Source: an uncultured Desulfatitalea sp.
Lineage (GTDB): Bacteria > Desulfobacterota > Desulfobacteria > Desulfobacterales > Desulfosarcinaceae
Assembly: GCA_963668675.2 (NCBI GenBank)
Contig: CAXXMB010000002.1
Coordinates: forward strand, 1,632,001 to 1,696,000
Length of the DNA: 64,000 nt
Reading direction: 5' to 3'
Below, in pieces: positions 57,887 through 64,000 of the stretch. Numbering within the stretch: position 1 is the stretch's first letter; each line of letters begins with the position of its first letter. The position numbers and the translations under genes are program-made. The notes under the pieces are model-generated. The model saw only the letters and a list, made by a program, of their open reading frames with translations, searched no databases and had not been told where the DNA came from.

Positions 57887-58921
57887 TCACCTCGAACTAC
57901 GGTTGGCCCGCAACTGACCACACGCAGCCATGATGTCCAATCCCTTGCTGTAGCGCACCACGCTGGTGAAGTGCTTGTCGATGAGAACGCTCTGAAAGGC
58001 CTGGATGCGTCTCTCGTCCGGGCGCTTGAACGAGCTCTCGGGAAAAGGGTTGAAGGGGATCAGGTTGATCTTGGCCTTGAGGGGCCCCAGCAGTTTCGAG
58101 AGTGCGCGGGCTTGTTGCAGGGAGTCGTTGACCCCCTTGAAGAGAATGTATTCGAAGGTGATTTTGCGCCCCTTGGGAAGCGGGTAACTTCGGCAAGCGT
58201 CGAGCAGTTGCGCGATGGGATAGGCCCGATTGATCGGCATCAGGCGGCTGCGCGCATCGTCTTCGACCTCGTTGAGCGATATGGCCAGGTTCACGCGCGT
58301 ATCGCGGCCCAGGTCGAGAATGCGGGGCACCAGTCCAGCGGTGGAGACCGTTACGCGGCGCGACGCGAACTTCATCCCCCAATCGCTGCAGGTCAATATT
58401 TGCAGTGCTGGAAGCAACTGGCCGTAATTGGCCAGGGGTTCTCCCATACCCATGAAGACCAGATTGGTCAATTGGGCCGGATCCGTCATCTGGCGGCGCA
58501 CCTCCCACACCTGCCCCACGATCTCACTGAACGCCAGATTGCGCACCAACCCCATCTGGCCGGTCAGGCAAAAACGGCAGCCCTGTGCGCACCCCACCTG
58601 GCTGGAAACGCACAGGGTGTAGTGGTTGCGCTCCGGAATCAGTACGCTTTCGACCATCTCTCCGTCTTGGAGACGGAACAGGTACTTGCGTGTGCCGTCT
58701 GCGGATGTGAGCACCTGGTCGATATCGAGGCGGCCGTACGTGAAGTGCTCTGCCAGCATCGCCCGCACCGATTTGCTTAAATCGGTCATCTGGTCGAAGC
58801 CGACCACCTGGCGCACATAGATCCACTTGAGGATCTGGTCGGCGCGATAGGCTTTCTGGTCATGCCGGGCCAGCCAATCGAGCAGCGCCTCTTTGGTCAG
58901 TGATTTGATATCCCGTATCAT
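57887..58921 (-). CDS. rlmN: Dual-specificity RNA methyltransferase RlmN
   Basis: CVSSQVGCAQGCRFC, FMGMGEP, NLIPFN, AACGQL. Confidence 0.97.
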   Translation of the reverse strand: MIRDIKSLTKEALLDWLARHDQKAYRADQILKWIYVRQVVGFDQMTDLSKSVRAMLAEHFTYGRLDIDQVLTSADGTRKYLFRLQDGEMVESVLIPERNHYTLCVSSQVGCAQGCRFCLTGQMGLVRNLAFSEIVGQVWEVRRQMTDPAQLTNLVFMGMGEPLANYGQLLPALQILTCSDWGMKFASRRVTVSTAGLVPRILDLGRDTRVNLAISLNEVEDDARSRLMPINRAYPIAQLLDACRSYPLPKGRKITFEYILFKGVNDSLQQARALSKLLGPLKAKINLIPFNPFPESSFKRPDERRIQAFQSVLIDKHFTSVVRYSKGLDIMAACGQLRANRSSR

Positions 58922-58997
58922 GGGTTCGGTTTGGCCCTCCAGCCCCCTTTATTTCAACCCCGAAGGCAACGTATAGCATCGACAGAGGGCATCGGGA

Positions 58998-59269
58998 ATG
59001 CAAGTATGAAAGTGCAAAAGCGGAAAGCAGATGGTCCTTGCCGATTCAACGGACGCAGCTTTCAGGCCATAGAGAGAGGGTGCGTGCATCCCAATCTATT
59101 ACCCCAACCCACTGCGTATCGGGGTCCGGGTGCTCGCTCTTGGGGAAGGGAGGAGACGGGCACTGATTGTTCAGCCGATAACGGAGCCCTGGTGCATATG
59201 ATCGGCTCCTTGCCCATAAGATCTGCAGGGCACCTTCGCTTTCGCACTTTTGCACTTTCATTCTCGCAT
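58998..59269. repeat. Inverted repeats bracketing an intergenic segment
   Basis: ATGAAAGTGCAAAAG (59006-59020) / CTTTTGCACTTTCAT (59247-59261), extending imperfectly to ~30 bp. Confidence 0.75.
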
Positions 59270-59507
59270 ACATCCAACCCATTTTGATGTTGAGCTCAAC
59301 GGTTTTCGATCATCGCCATCGCAGCTATATATGGGCAATCCACTCTTTTAAGCCTTGCTCCCCTCCCCCATTGGTGCTATAGGAGCCCGGCTTACGAACC
59401 ATTGTGTCATAAACGGCAACCTTGGTGTTGCCGTTTTGTTTTGCTTGACTTATCATTTATATCAATTTATTTTCAAGGTTTTATTGGTACTGGATGCGGT
59501 ATGGATC

Positions 59508-60839
59508 ATGTTTGACAGCCTGAGCGATAAACTCGATGGCGTCTTCAAACGGCTCAAGGGACACGGCACACTCACGGAAAAAAACATTTCCGATGGGTTG
59601 CGCGAAGTTCGTATGGCCCTGCTGGAGGCGGACGTCCATTTCAAGGTGGTCAAACAGTTCATCGCCGACATCAAGGAGCGCTCCCTGGGCCAGGAGGTGA
59701 TGAGCAGCCTGACGCCGGGTCAGCAGGTGATCAAGATCGTCAATGACGAACTGACCCGCCTCATGGGCGGCGCCCATGAGAAGCTCAACCTCTCAGGCAC
59801 CCATCCAGTACCAGTTATGATGGTGGGGCTGCAGGGTTCAGGCAAGACCACCACCACCGGCAAGCTGGCGGTCATGCTGCGTAAAGAGGGCCGCAAGCCG
59901 TACCTGGTGCCGGCCGATGTCTATCGTCCGGCAGCCATCGATCAGTTGCGCAAACTCGGCGAACAGCTCGATGTGCCCACATTCGAATCGAGTGTGGAGA
60001 TGAGCCCGGTCGAAATCTGCCAGCAGGCGCGGGTGGAGGCCCAAAAAAGCGGGTGCGACACCGTCCTGATCGATACCGCCGGTCGGCTGCACGTCGACGA
60101 GGCGTTGATGGACGAGTTGAAGGCGATCAGAAAGGCCGTTCAACCGTCCGATATTCTTTTAATTGCCGATGCCATGACCGGTCAGGACGCGGTCAATATG
60201 GCCAAGGCCTTCGACGAGGCCATGGGCATCGGCGGTGTGGTATTGACCAAAATGGATGGCGATGCCCGAGGCGGGGCGGCCCTCTCCATCCGGTCGATTA
60301 CCGGCAAACCGGTGAAATTCATCGGTGTCGGCGAAAAACTAAGCGACCTCGAGGCGTTCCATCCGGACCGGATGGCCTCGCGCATTCTCGGCATGGGCGA
60401 TATGCTGACCATGATCGAGAAGGCCCAGGAGGTGGTCGACGCCAAACAGGCCGCCGATTTCGAAAAGAAGCTGCGCAAGAACCAGTTTACCCTGGACGAC
60501 TTCAAGGCCCAACTGCTCCAAGTGCGCAAGATGGGATCCTTGAGCGATATTCTGGGCATGATCCCGGGCATGGGTAAAGTGAAGCAGTTGAAAAATATGG
60601 AGGTGGACGATTCGGAGCTGGTGCGCATCGAGGCGATCATCAATTCGATGACGCCCCAGGAGCGCCGCCAATACAATATCATCAACGGCAGTCGCCGGCG
60701 GCGTATCGCCAATGGCAGCGGCACCACCGTTCAGGACGTCAACCGGTTGTTGAAAAATTACGCCCAAGTGATGAAAATGATGAAAAAGATCGGTAAAGGC
60801 GGCATGCGCGGTCTGGGGCGCGGGATGCTACCCTTTTAA
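59508..60839 (+). CDS. ffh: Signal recognition particle protein
   Basis: MFDSLSDKL, GLQGSGKTT, DTAGR, TKMDGDARGG, Met-rich M domain. Confidence 0.98.
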   Translation: MFDSLSDKLDGVFKRLKGHGTLTEKNISDGLREVRMALLEADVHFKVVKQFIADIKERSLGQEVMSSLTPGQQVIKIVNDELTRLMGGAHEKLNLSGTHPVPVMMVGLQGSGKTTTTGKLAVMLRKEGRKPYLVPADVYRPAAIDQLRKLGEQLDVPTFESSVEMSPVEICQQARVEAQKSGCDTVLIDTAGRLHVDEALMDELKAIRKAVQPSDILLIADAMTGQDAVNMAKAFDEAMGIGGVVLTKMDGDARGGAALSIRSITGKPVKFIGVGEKLSDLEAFHPDRMASRILGMGDMLTMIEKAQEVVDAKQAADFEKKLRKNQFTLDDFKAQLLQVRKMGSLSDILGMIPGMGKVKQLKNMEVDDSELVRIEAIINSMTPQERRQYNIINGSRRRRIANGSGTTVQDVNRLLKNYAQVMKMMKKIGKGGMRGLGRGMLPF

Positions 60840-60860
60840 AATCTAAAGGAGAAAAAGTGA

Positions 60861-61118
60861 ATGGCAGTAAAAATCAGATTAGCCAGACATGGCGCTAAAA
60901 AAAGACCGTTCTACCGCATTGTGGTAGCGGACAGTGAAAGCCCACGCGACGGTCGATTCCTTGAAAACGTGGGTACTTACAATCCGCTGCAGGATCCAGC
61001 TCAAGTGACATTGAAAACTGATCGGGTTCACTATTGGTTGCAACAGGGTGCAACGCCTACGGATACCGTCAGGAGCCTCTTGAAAAAAGAGGGTCTCTTT
61101 TCCCCACCGGTCCAGTAG
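60861..61118 (+). CDS. rpsP: 30S ribosomal protein S16
   Basis: [25 protein letters not shown]. Confidence 0.98.
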   Translation: MAVKIRLARHGAKKRPFYRIVVADSESPRDGRFLENVGTYNPLQDPAQVTLKTDRVHYWLQQGATPTDTVRSLLKKEGLFSPPVQ

Positions 61119-61166
61119 GATTAACACGACTGTCACAGCAATCGCCGATCCAGAGGGAGGGGTGCT

Positions 61167-61397
61167 ATGAAAGACCTGATCAAGTATATCGCGCAGGCGC
61201 TGGTGGACCATCCGGAACAGGTAGAAGTCACTGAAATCGAGGGCAACCAGACATCGGTACTGGAACTCAAAGTGGCCAAAGACGATTTGGGTAAAGTGAT
61301 CGGCAAGCAGGGGCGCACTGCGCGAGCCATGCGAACCTTGCTCAGCGCAGCCTCGGCGAAAATCCGAAAACGCACGGTCCTTGAAATCATTGAGTAG
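61167..61397 (+). CDS. khpA: KH-domain RNA-binding protein
   Basis: [15 protein letters not shown]; conserved position after rpsP. Confidence 0.95.
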   Translation: MKDLIKYIAQALVDHPEQVEVTEIEGNQTSVLELKVAKDDLGKVIGKQGRTARAMRTLLSAASAKIRKRTVLEIIE

Positions 61398-61926
61398 CAC
61401 CGCTGTACCCGACGATCTCATTCAGATCGGAAAAATCACCGGTGCACATGGTATTCGCGGTTCCGTCAAGGTCTACTCATACGCGGAATCGCCGGACCGT
61501 TTTGCCGTTGGCAGCACGATCGTGCTCATCGATCCAAAGGGCGCGACAAGGCACTGCGTGATTACATGGGCGCAGGCGTACAAACAGACCATCCGGCTGA
61601 CGCTGGAGGGTGTGGAAACACGCGACGAAGCGGAGTCCCTAAGCGGATGGGGTGTCTTTTTTTCCAAAAAGGAGCTGCCGCCGCTGGAACCGGACACCTA
61701 CTACTGGAGTGATCTGATCGGCATGGAGGTGGTCACCGTTGCCGGTGAACATCTGGGACGGATCGTCCAGATCATTCCCACGGGCGCCAATGACGTCTAT
61801 GTGGTCAAAACGCCTCCGGATCACCCTGCCGGCGAGATATTGATTCCAGCCATTTCGTCGGTGGTGTTGGAGATCGATATCCAAAAGGGATGCATGCGGG
61901 TGGCGTTGCCGGAAGGGTTGCTTTAG
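61390..61926 (+). CDS. rimM: Ribosome maturation factor RimM
   Basis: [29 protein letters not shown]. Confidence 0.96.
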   Translation: MSSTAVPDDLIQIGKITGAHGIRGSVKVYSYAESPDRFAVGSTIVLIDPKGATRHCVITWAQAYKQTIRLTLEGVETRDEAESLSGWGVFFSKKELPPLEPDTYYWSDLIGMEVVTVAGEHLGRIVQIIPTGANDVYVVKTPPDHPAGEILIPAISSVVLEIDIQKGCMRVALPEGLL

Positions 61927-61941
61927 CAGCAGGCCATTGCC

Positions 61942-62730
61942 ATGAAATTTGTCGTTCTCACTATCTTTCCAGAGCTCATGGACGCGTTCTGGGCAAACGG
62001 CATCATGCGCAGGGCGATCCAAAGCGAAGCGATCAGCGCCGAGGCGATTAACATACGCGACCATGCGGCCGGCCGCCATCGGGTGACCGACGACCGACCT
62101 TATGGCGGCGGATGCGGCATGGTCATGAAGCCTGAACCTCTGGCCGAAGCTGCGCGCAGGGCCAAACAGAGGGCACCGGAAGCCGCCACGATCCTGCTGT
62201 CGCCCCAGGGCAAGCGTTTCGACCAGGCGTTGGCCCGGCAATTGGCCGAATTACCGGGGATGATACTGGTCTGCGGCCGCTATGAAGGCGTGGACGAGCG
62301 CTTTAGCGAGCAGTTCGTCGATATGGAAATTTCCATCGGCGATTATGTGATGACCGGCGGAGAAGTGGCGGCCATGGCCGTCATGGATGCTGTTACACGG
62401 CTGCGGCCGGGCGTACTGGGCAATGAGGTTTCGGCCGAACAGGATTCGTTCGAGGGCCATCTGCTCGACAACGTCCACTACACGCGGCCACCGGAATTCG
62501 AAGGGCGTCAGGTGCCCGAAGTCCTGCTCTCGGGACACCACGATCAGATCGCCCGATGGCGATGCGCCGACGCGTTGCTGCGCACGCTGGCAAGGCGGCC
62601 GGACCTGCTGCGCGAGGGCAGCTTGAGTGATGAGGAGATGGCGCTGCTGAGCGCATGGCATCGTGAGATCGAAGGCATCATACGCGAGCAAAGTGGCGGT
62701 AGCCCTGATTCATCACCCGGTGGTGGATAA
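61942..62730 (+). CDS. trmD: tRNA (guanine-N1)-methyltransferase
   Basis: DDRPYGGG.GMVM, LSPQG, CGRYEGVDER, IGDYVMTGGE. Confidence 0.98.
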   Translation: MKFVVLTIFPELMDAFWANGIMRRAIQSEAISAEAINIRDHAAGRHRVTDDRPYGGGCGMVMKPEPLAEAARRAKQRAPEAATILLSPQGKRFDQALARQLAELPGMILVCGRYEGVDERFSEQFVDMEISIGDYVMTGGEVAAMAVMDAVTRLRPGVLGNEVSAEQDSFEGHLLDNVHYTRPPEFEGRQVPEVLLSGHHDQIARWRCADALLRTLARRPDLLREGSLSDEEMALLSAWHREIEGIIREQSGGSPDSSPGGG

Positions 62731-63235
62731 AAACGGGAAGACCATTGCGGCCGCCGTCACGGCCCTGGATCTGCACGATATCGCACGGGCCGCCAAGACA
62801 TACGGGATCGGCGCCTTCTTCGTGGTCACCCCGTTGCAGGACCAGCAGGTGTTGGTGGAACAAATCATCGATCACTGGGTCACCGGCGCCGGAGCGAAGT
62901 ACAACCCGGACCGCCGGGCTGCACTGGCTCTGATTCGGCTCAAGCCGTCGCTCGATGCGGTGGTGGCGGATATGACGGCGCAGTTCGGTACAACGCCGAG
63001 CCTGATCACCACCAGTGCGAGAAAGGCGGAGAACAACCTGACCTTCGACGGCCTGAGGGAGGCCGCTGGGGATCTTCGACCGACCCTGCTGCTTTTCGGT
63101 ACGGCCTGGGGGCTGGCCCCGGAGGTGTTGGACCGGGCCGATTTCAGGCTCGACCCTATTGAGGGTGGCGGCGAATATAACCACCTCTCTGTGAGGTCCG
63201 CCGTGTCGATTGTTCTGGATCGGATGTTTCGGTAG
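62663..63235 (+). CDS. SPOUT-family RNA methyltransferase (TM1570/DUF2168-like)
   Basis: ALIHHPV, DLHDIAR, FGTAWGL, YNHLSVRSA. Confidence 0.88.
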   Translation: MRSKASYASKVAVALIHHPVVDKNGKTIAAAVTALDLHDIARAAKTYGIGAFFVVTPLQDQQVLVEQIIDHWVTGAGAKYNPDRRAALALIRLKPSLDAVVADMTAQFGTTPSLITTSARKAENNLTFDGLREAAGDLRPTLLLFGTAWGLAPEVLDRADFRLDPIEGGGEYNHLSVRSAVSIVLDRMFR

Positions 63236-63259
63236 GATACATTCGGCCGTTGAGGCATT

Positions 63260-63387
63260 GTATTAAACCAGAACTGATGCCACCGTCATTCAGACGAAAG
63301 CCGGAATCCAGTTTTCCCATAAAAATCTGGATGCCGGATCAAGTCCGGCATGACACATTAAACACTTTTTGCACGTAGGTTTAATAC
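63260..63387. repeat. ~128-bp palindromic REPIN/MITE-like element
   Basis: Ends GTATTAAACC / GGTTTAATAC around CCGTCATT...CCGGAATCCAG...CTGGATGCCGGATCAAGTCCGGCATGAC. Confidence 0.8.
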
Positions 63388-63433
63388 CGATATTCAAATT
63401 CAACAAAAATAACATGATGGGAGATTAAAGGTC

Positions 63434-63781
63434 ATGCAAGTCATCAAGCAGTTGGAAAGAGAACAGATGCGTATGGATATGCCTGATTTTCTGCCGGGCG
63501 ATACGGTGCGCGTACATGTAAAAATCAAAGAGGGCGACAAAGAGCGTATCCAGATGTTCCAGGGAGTGGTCATCTCCAAACGCAAAGGCGGCATCAATGC
63601 CACCTTTACCGTACGCAAAGTCTCTTACGGGGTAGGTGTGGAGCGCGTTTTCCCCATCAATTCGCCCATTCTGGACCGGGTGGAAATCGTCACCCGCGGC
63701 CGTGTGCGGCGCGCTAAGATCTACTACCTGCGCAAACTGCGCGGCAAGGCGGCCCGCATCCGTGAAAAGCGCATGAGATAG
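63434..63781 (+). CDS. rplS: 50S ribosomal protein L19
   Basis: [38 protein letters not shown]. Confidence 0.98.
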   Translation: MQVIKQLEREQMRMDMPDFLPGDTVRVHVKIKEGDKERIQMFQGVVISKRKGGINATFTVRKVSYGVGVERVFPINSPILDRVEIVTRGRVRRAKIYYLRKLRGKAARIREKRMR

Positions 63782-63800
63782 GGATGCCAAAGCGGAAACA

Positions 63801-64000
63801 ATGACATCAGACCTTTGGGTATTCGAACAGGCGCAGCGCATTAAGGGCTATACCAAGATCGCCGGCGTGGACGAAGCCGGCCGAGGTCCGCTGGCCGGTC
63901 CTGTGGTTTCGGCGGCAGTGATCCTGCCGCCGACCTTCGATGCCCCTGTCAACGACTCCAAACAGCTGACGCCCCGGCAGCGCGAACGGCTTTATGAGCT
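63801..64000 (+). CDS. rnhB: Ribonuclease HII (5' part; runs off the window)
   Basis: Own translation: [23 protein letters not shown]...NDSKQL. Confidence 0.95.
   Translation, partial: MTSDLWVFEQAQRIKGYTKIAGVDEAGRGPLAGPVVSAAVILPPTFDAPVNDSKQLTPRQRERLYE

Noticed and set aside
59355..59507. 51-aa N-terminal extension of Ffh in the ORF track
   Set aside because: The conserved Ffh start is MFDSL at 59508

Overview
A 64-kb bacterial chromosomal window. Gene content (CooC/AcsF, RACo, PocR-DGC, the ffh-rpsP-khpA-rimM-trmD-SPOUT-rplS-rnhB operon, dense REP-like palindromes) suggests a Desulfobacterota-type anaerobe; this assignment is inference. Left to right: a partial Ser/Thr kinase, a patatin, a Cache-PAS hybrid kinase, an Lpp/OprI-like lipoprotein between two L,D-transpeptidase-family genes, and an SDR. 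An accessory island (~10.9-20.8 kb) follows: a REP-associated HUH (RAYT-type) transposase bracketed by 27-bp GGGGAC-ended repeats, a MNT-HEPN toxin-antitoxin pair, a decayed second RAYT copy, and a Sec-signal Rhs toxin with an unrecognised C-terminal domain, a lipoprotein immunity candidate and a large beta-helix/Ig partner. Next come rraA, ubiE, ubiG, a CcoI-like P1B ATPase, an HTH/cyclase-like/TPR protein divergent from a non-AdhE ALDH-FeADH fusion, a diguanylate cyclase, mlaC-mlaA, a four-gene putative c-di-GMP-controlled polysaccharide synthase/export operon, a RACo/sirtuin/AcuB/HDAC/CooC cluster, a phasin-ubiB pair, ETF-QO, a tRNA thiolase-like gene with a structured leader, rlmN and the ribosomal operon. 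No tRNA, rRNA or CRISPR array was seen. Top leads: the RAYT-repeat cassette array abutting the Rhs toxin tip, and the polysaccharide operon with a TolC-glycoside-hydrolase-like fusion. All domain calls come from motif recognition by eye; no database searches were run.
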